Of a stretch of DNA of 58,806 nucleotides, positions 1 to 13,779 are shown piece after piece. The notes under the pieces were generated by a model. The model was not told the origin of the DNA, searched no databases, and saw nothing but the letters and a program-made list of their open reading frames with translations. The stretch is from the NCBI RefSeq assembly GCF_006345805.1, contig NW_021833670.1, forward strand, positions 1-58,806, given 5' to 3'. How positions within the stretch are numbered: position 1 is the first letter of the stretch; every line of letters begins with the position of its first letter. The translations under genes were made by a program, and so were the position numbers. This stretch comes from Octopus sinensis (taxonomy: Eukaryota).

Positions 1-102
1 CCAGAAAAGAATGAAGAATGAGAGAGGGATAGGGACAGTAAGGTTAAGAGTGCGCATCATAATTTCTGTTTTTTCGTTGTTTAAAAAATGTCCGTTTCCA
101 TG

Positions 103-238
103 GTTTTGCAAAAGAGACCGATAGAATAAGTACTAGGCTTACAAAGAATAAGTCCTTTGGTCGATTTGCTCGACTAAAGGTGGTACTCCAGCATGGCCAC
201 AGTCAAATGACTGAAACAAGTAAAAGAGTAAAAGAATA
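103..238 (+). mobile_element. 3' part of tRNA-derived SINE family A
   Basis: Matches the tail of the full copies at 37538 and 50794 (GACCGATAGAATAAGTACTAGGCTTACAAAGAATAAG...CCAGCATGGCCACAGTCAAATGACTGAAACAAGTAAAAGAG). Confidence 0.85.
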
Positions 239-411
239 TATATAAAACTATCACTCTTTCTGTCTCTCTGATCTATCTGTCTATTCTTCTATCTATGGAT
301 GCTTCTGACTGTCTGCCTCTAAATGTGCGTGCGTGGCTGTGTATGTGTGTATGTGTGACTGTTTGTGCATATCTATCTGTGTCTGTTTCTTTAAAGACAG
401 AAAGATAGAGA

Positions 412-426
412 AAAAGAGAGACATAG

Positions 427-459
<33 letters not shown>

Positions 460-461
460 AG

Positions 462-549
<88 letters not shown>

Positions 550-552
550 TAC
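412..552. repeat. (GATA)n/(GA)n microsatellite
   Basis: Direct reading; explains ORFs 273..662 and 293..592. Confidence 0.97.
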
Positions 553-677
553 AAGCAGCAGCAGGCAAACAGGCAGTTAGACAAACTGGCAATCAGACGG
601 AGAGCAATCAGACGGACGGACAGAGACTTGCAAATTTTCCCTTTACTATGGCCCAGCACCATAACAGGATGTAGGAG

Positions 678-719
<42 letters not shown>

Positions 720-968
720 CTCCCTCTCCTTTTTCTTTCTCTCTCTCTCTTCCTCTTTGTCCCTCTCTCTTTCTCTGTATCTCTTTGTGTGTGTGCGTAT
801 TTGTCTTTCAACTCGACTACAAGTATTTTATAATAGATGTATCATTCTCGTATATTTCTTTCTCTTTATCCCGTCCACTTATCCTCATAAACTCTATTGC
901 GTTTATAACATCTGACCCTATATCATGAATGACTCTATGCATTATTTATCACTCTCCCTATATATATA

Positions 969-1010
969 GGCGCAGGAGTGGCTGTGTGGTAAGTAGCCTG
1001 CTTACCACAC
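969..1010 (+). mobile_element. Truncated head of SINE family A
   Basis: GGCGCAGGAGTGGCTGTGTGGTAAGTAGCCTGCTTACCA matches the heads at 37538 and 50794, then stops abruptly. Confidence 0.8.
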
Positions 1011-2024
1011 ATGCGTGAGTTTGTCAGTCACTTACGCGAGTGAACACTGTCAAGACGTGCTTGGAAGCCGTCTTGAATTAAAGAACCGTTGAAGGCGCGA
1101 CTGAAAGGTAGGCATCTTTCTTTTTAAGGATTCAGTGGGGAATTTTTATTTTTTTTATATTGTTTTTTTTTCTCGAATAAGAAACCCTCACTGGGTCCTT
1201 GACATTTGTCTGCTGCGGTCGCGCCGAATGACTCACTTAACTGTGAGAATTATTGTTTTAGTGGGCGTGTCTCGATACCTAAATCTGGAAAATTTATGAA
1301 GTCGTGAAGGAATTTTTATGTGCTGCGACGGTGAACTGGAGTACTTGTATTCTTGTGGATCACCTGAGTGGCGGAATTGTGTTACCGTGAATTGAACTGT
1401 CTTCCTTCGTTCTTTTTCTCTGCTCTGTCTTTCTGTTCTTTTTTGTGTTCTTACTGGACTTTTTATTTGGAACATTTTGGATTTTGTGTTGAACATTTTT
1501 CTTTATTTTTTCTTTTGCAAGCTTGGCAACAACAAAAAAACACTGTATTGGAGCGGCAAATTGTGACCCCCAAGCAGTGGGAAAATAACTTTAATGAGAA
1601 AACGGTGGTGTTGAGGACATATTCTAAGTCCCTCGACACCATCACTGTCTTCTCTCAGGCGGATATTGAAAAGGAGTTGGCAGAATATCTGCCAACTATT
1701 AAGTTTATTGCAAGGGGTGTCAAATATGCAACGGTGTGGTTGCTGTTTGACACCCTTGGGGAGGTTCGATATTATGCGAGCCAGCCCTTGGAAGGGGAGA
1801 AAATTCTGTTTCTCCCCACATATGGTGGGAGGAAATTGACAAGAGCTTGGGTGTGTGGGCTGCCACCCGGAATAGAGCCCTAATGGATAGAAAACACTAT
1901 CCGTCGGGGTCTCGATGGTAGCAGGTATCATCGGTACCTGGACCCTGGCCATATAAAGAAAAACTGTCCTCAGGAACAAAGCAAAGTTCTGGAGCTGTTG
2001 ATGGAGACTTCTGTAGAAGAAGGA
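1011..2024 (+). mobile_element. 5' remnant of a non-LTR retrotransposon (L1/Tx1-like 5'UTR plus gag-like ORF1, disrupted)
   Basis: Non-repetitive coding frame ~1520-2020 (KQWENNFNEKTVVLRTY...RAWVCGLPPGIEP*WIENTIRRGLDG). It continues in frame into RYHRYLDPGHIKKNCP (1923-1970), a decayed CCHC knuckle (C-x2-C-x3-GH-x4-C). Clade assignment is inference. Confidence 0.55.
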
Positions 2025-2094
2025 ACGAAAGCGGCCGAAATGCCGCTAAGCATTTTGCCCGACGTGCTAAGGACTCTGCCAGCTTGCCGCCTTC
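2025..2094 (-). mobile_element. Head of SINE family B
   Basis: Reverse complement GAAGGCGGCAAGCTGGCAGAGTCCTTAGCACGTCGGGCAAAATGCTTAGCGG matches the heads at 24511 and 25833. Confidence 0.8.
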
Positions 2095-2162
2095 GAATCA
2101 GCTTTTATAATGGAAACATCATTGATGTCATGTGTGTGTGTTTGAGAGAGAGAGAGAGAGAG

Positions 2163-2206
<44 letters not shown>

Positions 2207-2240
2207 TGAGAGAGAGAGAGCGTGTGTGTGTGTATGTGTA

Positions 2241-3146
2241 GGTGTGGCTATATGGTAAGAAGTTTGTTTCCCAACCACATGGGAAAGTGACACCTTGCGC
2301 AAGTGTTTTCTAATATAACCCCAGGGTGACCAAAGCCTTCTGAATCAATCTGTAAAAAACATAAACTGAAAGAAGCCTGTCGCTTGTAGGTATATGTGTG
2401 GATGTGTGCTTGCCAATGTAGAAAGAGTAATAACTAACCTAAATCCAAGCCTCCTTTAGAATCTTAAATAACATCAACAAGGTATTTTTAGCTGCTTGTG
2501 TACATAGGCATGTTTACATTTTTTCAGCGATTTTACACAAGAAACATCAAAGAAAGATGTCTCACATTTCCTAAAGACGATTTATTACTTATTTTGATGG
2601 AAACGACTGTTAGGATGTTTTGGGGCTTGTTTTTATTTTTTTTTTGTCTGTTTTGTTTTGTTTTTGTTTTGTTTTGTTTTACTATCACGCGTCAAAAAGC
2701 AAAACCAGGAACCTAATAGCAGCCCAATATCTCTTATCTTTTATCTTTTAGTTATTCCATTCATTAGATTACGGCCATGCTGGAGTAACACTTCTAACAA
2801 GTCTACCCCAGTGCATTTTTTAAATGCCTAGTACTTATTCCCCCGATCACCGTTTGGCGAACTGCTAAGTTACGAAGATGTAAACAAACCTACACCGGTT
2901 GTCAGTCTGTGACAGGAGACAAACACGATACTCCAGTATGGCCGCAGTCAAATGATAGAAACAAGTGAAAGAGTGAACGAGTAAAAGAATACCGGGCAGA
3001 TTTTTGTTAGCTTCGGTCTACCAAATCCACTTCACATGGCTTTGGTCGACCCGGAGCTGTGGTAGAAGACATTTGGCCAAGTTGCTACGCAGTGGGACTG
3101 AACCCGGAACCGTGAGGTTGGGAAGCAAACTTCTAACCACGCAGTA
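2241..3146. mobile_element. Cluster of degenerate SINE family A fragments on both strands
   Basis: Head-like segment 2241-2382 (+), tail 2750-2910 (-), tail 2927-2992 (+), head 2993-3146 (-), each recognisable against the full copies. Confidence 0.7.
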
Positions 3147-3199
3147 GAATTTTATTATCTATTCTCAGAGAGGCACGTCTGTTAACAGCTACTTTCTAC

Positions 3200-3885
3200 G
3201 GCTATGAAATCCCAACTAGAAATGACTTCAACGAGAAGTTAACGTACAATGATATTCTCTATATTTTAAAAGAACCAAGAAGAAATCAATAGCATGGTTT
3301 AATCCACCATTCAACATATAGATACGAATAGAGCCAAAAAGTTCAAATGTTTTATTACGACAATAATTCTAATCGACACACAAAAACAGTAAACTTTTCA
3401 ATAACAACAACCGCCAGATCAGCTAATTTTGACTCGATAACATAGCTTTCCAGATAACACAGTGTAGATGAAAACACCAGACAAGCCCGTCACAACAGCT
3501 ATTTTGTAATTTCAGAAATCTACTGCCTTCTCACTCAGGATCTTACCTTTCTATCGCAGGCCTATATACAACACCAACAACATACCTGAGTTGTATTGAA
3601 ATAAAATACATAGGAGACGTCTATGAACAAATTCAAAAACCGTTATTACCATCATTCTAATTTGTTCATGTCAAATGTCAGGAAAACTCAATAAATTTGT
3701 CCCAGTTGATCTAGATACTCAAAGACTATGGATTGGAAGGTACAGGAATAACATGGATATCGAAACCGCGGGTTGTGCTTAACTGAAAAGAACCAGATAT
3801 TATAATTCCGATGATATCACTAAGCAGGAGTTCCGAGATATCAAGTTGCTATCAACCGAGAAAATGTTTTCTTTGGACAGTTTAC
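3200..3885 (+). pseudogene. Penelope-like element remnant (RT C-terminal region and GIY-YIG endonuclease), frameshifted
   Basis: AWFNPPFN (3291-3314), KLFNNNNRQIS, KYIG-TSMNKFKNRYYHH, ENSINLSQLI*ILKD..ITW, CLTEKNQIL and a SEISSC-like end. These motifs occur in the order typical of the PLE RT-linker-GIY-YIG region. Confidence 0.75.
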
Positions 3886-3952
3886 ATGCAGCTGAATGTC
3901 TATGGACTTCATATTCGTACCCAAGACAGATTCAACAAGCGTTGTAGAATAG

Positions 3953-4383
3953 GGATCTTTTCGGTTTGAACGGCAGTTTTTAACATAATTTCTAGGTAAT
4001 TAAAAACTTTTAACTTCGTATACTGGTAGAATGTGTTTATAAAACATCTTTTTCCCTTGCCTTTATAGAGAAAATTCTATAGTTTGTAAGATATTTGCTG
4101 TTTTTTTTCTTCAATTTCTGCAATTTCAACCAATCAGTGACGTCTATTGAGTTAAAAAGGATTCTGTGCCGTATGAATATGTCCCTCGTTTAAGAAACAG
4201 ATTGGGTTTATTTACATTTGTGAAGAAAAAAAGATACCCTTCCCCCACCCCTAACCCTAACCCTAACTAAACCTAACCCTAAAAGAGATTGAAATGCAAT
4301 AGATCGATTCTAGGGTCATAATTATGGGTGACAATTTCATATGAAACCGCTAGAAAAAACTGCCGTTCAAACCGAAAAGATCC
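3953..4383. mobile_element. MITE with ~29-bp perfect TIRs and 8-bp TSD (TAGAATAG)
   Basis: Left GGATCTTTTCGGTTTGAACGGCAGTTTTT, right AAAAACTGCCGTTCAAACCGAAAAGATCC; TAGAATAG at 3945-3952 and 4384-4391; internal (CCCTAA)n at ~4248-4282. Confidence 0.9.
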
Positions 4384-4877
4384 TAGAATAGTTGCTCCTT
4401 GACAATGGCCAAACGTTAGGACCGGGTGTTTTCCTTTACACCAAAACAATCCAGCCAGCAATAACTACATCCCATGACTTCCAAATATACGGTCATGTGA
4501 CATGCCTCGATCAATAACAGTCGGGTTATCAGATGCTACATATAGCTTCATTTATTCACCAAATAATGGTTGCTCAGTCATGCATGTATAATATATGAGA
4601 AGCTCTGAGTAGCGATCGAGAAAATAAACAACTAATTTCCATGTATATGTTGATACGTGTGTGAAAGTGAGTATGTATATGTATGTATTGCACACATACG
4701 TACATGTATGTATTTACGTATGTATGCTTGTGTGTTTATGTGTACGTGTTACCACACACACACACACACATATAATATATATATATATATATATATAATA
4801 TATATATATATATATGGCGGTGCCCCAGCATGGCCACAGCTCGTGAGCTGAAACTAGATAAAATAAAAATAAAAAAT

Positions 4878-4919
<42 letters not shown>

Positions 4920-5467
4920 GCACAATCATATATGTAGATAGATAGGTAGATAAATACACATATATGCGTATGTGTGAATATATACATACGTATAAACACA
5001 CTCATTTCTACTTATCTGTATGTATATATGTATATATATATATATTATACACACACACAGAAACAGATGTTTAAATATACAAGCAAGAAATAAAAGTACA
5101 CCTGCAAAGTAGTAGATAAAATTTAACTATACGCTAGCATTATTCGTTCAATGAACTAGTGTTACGATACGTCTGCTCCTGTGTGTAAATTTTCGGGTGT
5201 CTACACACGCATACACACATACATACACACACACACACATATATATGTGTGTGCGTGTGTGTGTTTATACATAAGGGAGACGGAGAGAACGGGAAGGTGA
5301 GAAGGCAATTACCAGACACAGACATATCCCATTAATCTTGCACATTCACATACAACAACGCTTCTAAAAGTACAGAGTACACCTGACTAAATAGGTACAT
5401 TTTATAGGCATCTGTATCGATTCGGCTTACACCTATATTGTAAATACATACATACATACATACATAC

Positions 5468-5552
<85 letters not shown>

Positions 5553-5692
5553 GTTGATAATTAAGGGTACTAACAAGCAGTACTAACATGCTAAATATAG
5601 CAGTCAAATGACCAAATCACACATTCTCACTTCAACATTTTTTGACTGTATATTAGCATGCCGACATGCTGGTTAGTACTCTTTATTAATTG

Positions 5693-6080
5693 ACTAGCAG
5701 TATCGCCCGGCGTTGCTCGGTTTGTAAGGGAAATAACTATAAAGCATTTTTAGAGAGTTATAGCCAAAAATAGCAAAAAAAAATGGGAAAAAAATTATGG
5801 TAAATTTTTTTGAGAGTTAAAAAAAGGTGGAGTGCGTCCCCTAGACGGTCTGTGGTTTGGGTTTCTGATTCTCGAACCCCATGTCGAATTTATCGATTTT
5901 TTCAGAACTGGGGGAACTTTTCAAAATTTTCGCTGCGTTATGTTTTGAATTATGACATTGGCTATGTGTGTGTCAAGTTTCATCAGAATCGGTTGAAAGC
6001 CGTGGTCAGAGAGTGAGGTACGAGGAAAACAGACACACAGAAAACGCACAGACCAAACTGCCGTTTATATAGAGAGAGAT
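5693..6080 (+). mobile_element. Non-autonomous Helentron-type element (HINE/DINE-1-like)
   Basis: Starts ACTAGCAGTATCGCCCGGCGTTGCTCGG. Its 3' part has AAGTTTCATCAGAATCGG followed by ACAGACAC-type repeats and ends TTTATATAGAGAGAGAT, the typical HINE layout. Confidence 0.7.
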
Positions 6081-6567
6081 AATTTTTTTACCGTTATTTT
6101 GCTCTGTATATGTGCAAACTCTTGCTCAATGGATACTTTCAATTCGTCGATTGTTGCCGGTTTTGTACCGTAAACTTTATCTTTTAAGTATCACCATAAG
6201 AAGCAGTCTAGTGGTATGAAGTCCGTTGAACGCAGGAGGTGAGTATTTTACTTAGCTTCTTCATCTAATTCACCAGTTTAACAAAATCTCATAAATGTAG
6301 GTCCTTACTCTTCTCTGGTAGTGAGAGATTGCAACATCCTCGTTCACATTACCATATGAAAATGGCCCATGCGAGAATAGCAGTGTAAATAGATAATTTA
6401 CAATGTTGTCTATAGTCTGACATTCTAACGGTGATGGCGAATGCAGATTTCATAAGAAACACCCTCTTTGGAGCCCAAGGGAAACTTTGATTCTTTGGCT
6501 CATGTGAGATATCCTCGGAATGAACAACAGGTGGCCATGATTTATAAAGCTGATTATGACGTGTCGT

Positions 6568-6676
6568 GTAAGCCTAGTACTTATTCTATCGGTCTCGTTT
6601 GCCGAACCGCTAAGTTACGGGAGCTTAAACACACTAGTATCGGTTGTCAAGCGATGTTAGGGGGACAAACATAAAC

Positions 6677-6729
<53 letters not shown>

Positions 6730-6892
6730 TACGACGGGCTTCTTTCAGTTTCCGTCTACATATCTACTCACAAGGCTTTGGTCAGCCCGAGGTTAAAGTA
6801 CAAGACTTGCCCAAGGTGACACGCAGAGGGACTGAACCTAGAACCATGTAGTTGGTAAGCAAGCTACTTACCACATAGCCACTCCTGGCACC
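6568..6892 (-). mobile_element. SINE family A, nearly complete, with internal (TA)n
   Basis: Reverse complement aligns with the 37538 copy from the head through AGAATAAGTACTAGGCTTAC. Confidence 0.88.
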
Positions 6893-6935
<43 letters not shown>

Positions 6936-6974
6936 TAATAAATACACACACAAACACACACATACACCACACAG

Positions 6975-7007
<33 letters not shown>

Positions 7008-7384
7008 ATATATATAACTAACCCACACGCATTCACACACAGGTAAATAAGATAAGTGACTTCATGGCTTCCTGGTTTTGTCAGACAAGACTAATTTCTT
7101 TTGAATTACCTCCTGTTTTTGAGTTCAGATATGACTAAAAACTGTGAACATTCTCCCGGAATGTCATAATTTTAACCACGCAGTAATTGCTCTGTACAAA
7201 TAGCGGCCATATTTTGTTTTAGAATCGCTAATTGGTAGATTCGAACGCGGGTTTGAGCGTAATTTCTGATGTCTTAATCGGTTTATCGTAGAAGAGATCT
7301 CTTCAACGTTGAGGTGCGATGAAGTCAGTCACCTATCTTTTGCATCAGGTATTTCATGTAGGATAACATGGGGGTTTAAATAAA

Positions 7385-7545
7385 ACCGTGTGGCCAGAGT
7401 GATGCTCTCACGGTCGTCAGTTCGTGCTTTCGATCCCTGACCCGAGCCGTGCGGGGCCGTGCGGGGCCGTGCGGGGCCGTGTGTTATATTCCTGAGCAAA
7501 ACACTTTATTTCACGTTACTACAGTCCATTCAGCCGTAAATGAAT
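7385..7545 (+). mobile_element. Degenerate SINE family C head with a short tandem (GCCGTGCGGG)x3
   Basis: GTGTTATATTCCTGAGCAAAACACTTTATTTCACGTT resembles the core of the 39131-39475 copy. Confidence 0.55.
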
Positions 7546-7811
7546 TCTAGCGATATCCAGGGATTCGTCCCTTTGATGGATTAGGGTACGGTTCAGTAGT
7601 TTGTGTTGTGATTTTAGTTATTCATACGCTACGGAAATCGGGTTAATCGAGGGCTCTTGGGTTCATGACAGGCCTACTCTGGGTTATATGGGGGTATTAC
7701 CTGTGAATATTAGTCCATCACAGCGTAGGTGCAACATTACATCAAATCTTACGCATATTTCATGAGAGCAGGTAGTAGTAGATCCACCTAGATAATGGTT
7801 GGTGGTGGTGG

Positions 7812-7854
<43 letters not shown>

Positions 7855-8329
7855 AACTGGGCCTTGGATGAAATAAACTTGATAAGTTTTGACATACAGC
7901 TTGCAGAAAATTATCTGCACGATCCTTCTTTGTTGTTCGTGCACTGCTATCCTCGATTGACACTCATGAGAAAACACATTGCGCCTCCACTTCACTTATA
8001 TATATATATATATATATATATATGAGCAAAACGCTCCCCCTCCAATGGACGGTGCTGAGTTGTCAAACATTTAAACCAAATTTTCTCAAAACAACTTGTC
8101 CGACCGTTCCATAGGCCTCCCCTTTGAGAAACACTGCTTTAACCTAAACTTGAGACACCAGCAAAAGAAGAAATAAAGATAGACTTATTTTCTATTCCAA
8201 AGAAAAACAATTTTATTCACACAAATATGCAACCGAAGAGTTTAAAGTACAGTAATGATAAGGCTGTTGTTGACTGGGAGACACACAAACATGGTTAAAC
8301 AGTAAGCTTGGCAGGAAAGAAACGTGCCT

Positions 8330-8567
8330 TTAAGCAGTACAAAAACAACAAAAAATGGAAGGTGCAGTTATGTACAGGTTGACGGAAAAAAAGCAGGACA
8401 AAAACGGCTTTATCGATCGCATTCTCACCTGGAATCGATTTTTGTAATTCTTTCAAAACTTATATACACCCTGATACCCTCGGTGTCTACATATAAAATT
8501 TGAGCGCAATCGGATGGAGGATGCCCGAGATCCTAGAAGACAGAACGATTTTATATAATAGATATAG
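8330..8567 (+). mobile_element. 3' part of a second HINE-like element
   Basis: AAATTTGAGCGCAATCGGATG...GAGATCCTAGAAGACAGA...TTTATATAATAGAT. Confidence 0.5.
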
Positions 8568-8758
8568 AAAGAGAGAGTGAGAAGAGAGAGAGGGGGGGGG
8601 GGCAAAAGTCACGTACCTAGACAGTTAACATCCGTATTACATTATTATTATTTTTGAAAACTGCAATAAATATTAAATGATTAGATCTTGATGCGTGACT
8701 TTTGACCTATCCTGCACATATTCCTATAATATTATCATGTCGTCTGCGCGTATATAGA

Positions 8759-8825
<67 letters not shown>

Positions 8826-8828
8826 TAT

Positions 8829-8934
8829 AACCACATGGTTCTGGATTCAGTCCCACTACTGCGTGGCACTATACCCCGGGCCGACCAAAGCCTTGTGAGC
8901 GGATTTGGTAGCCGGAAACTGAAAGAAGCCAGTC

Positions 8935-8994
<60 letters not shown>

Positions 8995-9243
8995 CTGTGT
9001 GTCTGTGTCTGTGTGTGTCTGTGTCTGTGTGTCTGTGTCTGTGTGTGTGTGTTGTGTGTGTGTGTCTGTGCTTGTCTCCCCAACATCGCTTAACAACCGA
9101 TAATGGTTGTCAAGAGACCCGACAGAATAATTACTACGCTTACAAAGAATAAGTCCTGGGGATCGATTTGCTCGGCTAAAGGCAATGCTCCAGCATGGCC
9201 ACAGTCAAATGACTGAAACAAGTAAAAGTGTAAAAGAGTAAAA
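8829..9243 (+). mobile_element. SINE family A, 5'-truncated, with internal (GT)n
   Basis: Aligns with the full copies from AACCACATGG to GTAAAAGAGTAAAA. Confidence 0.88.
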
Positions 9244-9757
9244 TATTATATATTCACACACACACGCACGCACACGCAAACACAAAAGCGCGCACGTACA
9301 CACGACGTACACGCGTGCAGACAAGGCATAGTCGAACGCGTTACATATGTACAAGGTTTTAGGTCAGGAGTACTTTCTGACATGGCAACGTAAGCCACGG
9401 AAAGAAGCGAATGGAAAGGTAAAAGTGCATTTATCTAAACTTTCTGCCAACTTCAGTACAGCAGACCTCTCACCACTTCACACTCAGCCGCCAACTTAAT
9501 GGTTCTCATTAAAGATAAACGAATAATAAGAACAAAGAAAGATAAGGTAAATACGGAAGAAAAGCAAAAATTTAAATCAAAACAACTAAACCACACACAT
9601 ATATATATATATATAAAGCGTATATACACATACACATATATCTACATATATACACACATACATACATACATACATACATACATACATACATACATACATC
9701 ATACATTATATATATATATATTATATTATATATATATATATAATGTTTGTATGTGTT

Positions 9758-9801
<44 letters not shown>

Positions 9802-10036
9802 TGCATGTGTGTATATATATATATAATATATAATGTAGGTATGTATTATGTTTGTATGTGTATATGTATGTTTGTATGTATGTATAGCTTCGTGTTGTAT
9901 ATTTTTCTACCACATATATATATAAATGTGTTTGCGTGTGTGTGTGTGTGTGAGTGCGTGAGTGTATGTGGATGTTTATATATATATACATATATGTATG
10001 CTTGTGTATGGGAGTGCGTTTGTCTTATATATTTTT

Positions 10037-10082
<46 letters not shown>

Positions 10083-10094
10083 CATATACATATG

Positions 10095-10211
10095 TTAACT
10101 TTACGGGGACGCAAGCACACTAACATCGGTTGTCAAGCGATGCTGGGGTGACAAACACAGACACAGAACACACACACACACACACACACACCCACACCAC
10201 ACACAACACAC

Positions 10212-10252
<41 letters not shown>

Positions 10253-10413
10253 GTGGGCTTCTTTCAGTTTCCGTCTACCAAATCTACTCACACGGCTTTC
10301 GTGGGCCCGAGGCTATAGTAGAAGATACTTGCCCAAGGTGCCACGCACTGAGACTGAACCCGGAACCATGTGGTTAGGAGGCAGGCTTCTTACGACACAG
10401 ACACTCTTGCGCC
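10095..10413 (-). mobile_element. SINE family A, 3'-truncated, with internal (CA)n/(TA)n
   Basis: Reverse complement aligns with the head and core of the full copies. Confidence 0.85.
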
Positions 10414-10799
10414 TATATATATTTATGAGTGTATGTGGTGTGTGTGTGTTTGTGCGCACGCTCAAGCATATTATAAATAAATGCATACATACATACATCA
10501 TACATACATACATACATACATACATACTACATACATACATACATACATACATATGTCTATATTGAATCTATGTAAGCACACGTGCGTGCGTTCATGTATG
10601 TGTGTGTGTCTGCATCATGGGTGTGCGCGCATGCATGTGTGTTAGGTTTGTAGTGTATAGATATAATCCTGTTTCCGTCCTGATTACAACTCAGTAAACT
10701 ACTTACCTAATAAATTATACAATATAATACACTCGACTTCCTTGTGTATCGAGTACTTTGCTTCGCGTCTGCAAGACTTGGTGTGACTAATACTCGGCA

Positions 10800-10884
<85 letters not shown>

Positions 10885-10910
10885 CAGACAGATAGGTAGG
10901 TAGATAGATA

Positions 10911-11547
<637 letters not shown>

Positions 11548-11936
11548 GCAGGCGGAGGGGCTGGCGGATAGACAATCAGATAGATAGATAGGCAGACAGT
11601 CAGATAAACAGACAGAGAAGCAAGCAGGCAAGCAGGCAGATAGACAGGTTGGTAGGTAGGTGGAATTTTGATGGACGGATGGGTCGACAGACTCACAGTG
11701 ACAAACAGACAAACATATAGACTGACATATAGACAGACAGATAGAGAGATAGAGAGATAAATGCATAGATGGATGAATGGATGGACGAACGGACAGACGG
11801 ACAGACAAACAGACAAAGTGAAAGAGAGAAAGGGATGCGTGCTTATGAATATATTTATATAATTTATGCATATTTCTTTCTTTTGAATATGTAATATTAT
11901 ATGTATGTATATATATGTGTATATATATATATATAG

Positions 11937-11976
<40 letters not shown>

Positions 11977-11983
11977 GTATATG

Positions 11984-12014
<31 letters not shown>

Positions 12015-12349
12015 ATACTTAATATTTGAGTACACACAGACACACGAACACACATATATATACATACATATATGTGTGTGTGTGTGTGTGTAATATATAT
12101 ATATGTATATATGAATACACGTATCAATGCGTGTGCGTTCAAATATGGGTATAAATATGAATACAATTATATATACGTGAATGTATGTAAATATGTGTGC
12201 GCGTGTATGCATATATAGCATATATATGTGTGTGTGTGTGTGTGAATATACTTATGTATAAATAAACCTATACAGGCACATACATATGAATAGATAGACT
12301 GAGGAGATGGTATGGGGAAAGAAGGGGAGATATACAAGGCAGCCAATTA

Positions 12350-13779
12350 TGGGCAACAAAAAACATAATTATTGTCTGCTACCCAGACAAATGGTGCTGA
12401 GCTAAAATAAATCGAATACGCCGATTCCGAATCTGAACTCAGAATTGTCGTAGCACGTCAGGATTTTGAGTTATGCGCATAATTATATATTAATACTGTA
12501 TTAGTATCAGGAATTATGTTCGATGTAAGTAATTATTATAATAGTATATTAATACTGTATATAGTATGTTTATGTTAAAGGCAAATACTATCATAATATA
12601 ATAGTTTATAGTATATTTTTGTTAAGGGAATACTGACTTTGTTTTTGATATGCTCAGCTCAGAAATGTTTGAGACACTTGCTCTTGTGTTTATGCTTCGT
12701 GCTGGTCTCCCGTTGTCGGAACCAGCAGTAGTCACCCATCATGTGTGAATTGACTCGGCCTTGATACCTCGTTTCCATCTCAGATATGGCCTGGTGGAAC
12801 CTCTCACCATGCTCATCACTAACGGCACCAAGATTCGTCGGAAAAAAAAATCGAGATCGGAATGCAAGAAGTACATTTTAAGGGACATTCGGCATTCCAT
12901 TCATCCATACGCTGTTAACATGTTGTTTGTTAAGTCAGCAGAGCTGGCAGCTTTATGATTTCAAAAAAAGTTCTGTGCAACTAACACGAATGAATCCTAT
13001 GCCGTCAGCTCAACTAGATTCAGTTTATCTCTGAATTTGCTCTCAGACATCAATTCTCTGATCTCAGGTCCAATGAAAATACCTGCTTTCAGTTTTGCGT
13101 CACTTTTCTCTACACTAAATTTTACTTTTAGGTACTGGAAGCCACAACCATCGTGTGTCATTGCTTTTATGATGGTTTTTATATGAGGCTGAGTTTGATG
13201 TGAAGGAATGAAAGGAAGATCTTTTGCCGGTCTACCAGTGGCATATGCTGTACATTGTACCGACCAACTATGCGCTAATCTCTTTTAGGTCAGTCTTTTA
13301 CAGTGGAATGATTGCTGTTGTCGCGGCTGTTCCAAGCACACAAGAAGAACATATTTTTGGTATATCCCAGATGCAGTCCTAGGAGGAGGGAAATCACCTT
13401 TAAACCACCACAAATATTCCACTTATGAACTGAATAATTAACTCCTTGCAGAATGAGTCCCATCCATTCATAAGTTTCTTCCATACCTACAGCATGACCC
13501 ACAGAAATGGAAGTTTTTTCAATACTATCATGTAACAACACAGCTTTGAGGCTTAACTTTGTTTGAGTCTATAAATAATCTCCATTCTTTAGCCACATGC
13601 ACGTGTCCTAGTTTTTGCATGAGTGCATTGCCGTCAGTATCGTTATAATCTTGCGCATGAGCATAACTCAAAATCTTGACGTGCTAGAACAATTCTGAGT
13701 GCGGATTCGGAATCAGCATCCTCGATTTAGTCTAAAATACGTGCATTTACCCCAATAGCAAAATCTTTGTTGCCCAGTG
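12350..13779 (-). mobile_element. Chapaev3-like DNA transposon, internally deleted, non-autonomous
   Basis: Termini CACTGGGCAACAAA (13779, minus) and TGGGCAACAAA (12350); ~70-bp subterminal inverted repeats (12408-12480 / 13657-13729); TTA flanks both ends (12347-49, 13780-82). Confidence 0.8.
12659..13640 (-). pseudogene. Chapaev3-type transposase C-terminal half with stops and frameshifts
   Basis: EWRLFIDS..SLKAVLLH, ICGGLKVISLLLGLHLGYTKNMFFLCAWNSRD, SDAKLKAGIFIGPEIR, MSLKMYFLHSDLDFF, NLGAVSDEHGERFHQAISEMETRYQG..MMGDYCW. The N-terminal zinc (Chapa) domain is absent. Confidence 0.85.

Noticed and set aside
4248-4282. Telomere or chromosome-fusion relic
   Set aside because: Only a few CCCTAA units, internal to a MITE.
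7223-7348. Exon with in-frame TGA (selenocysteine)
   Set aside because: One stop in ~43 codons is unremarkable; there is no selenoprotein motif or SECIS evidence.
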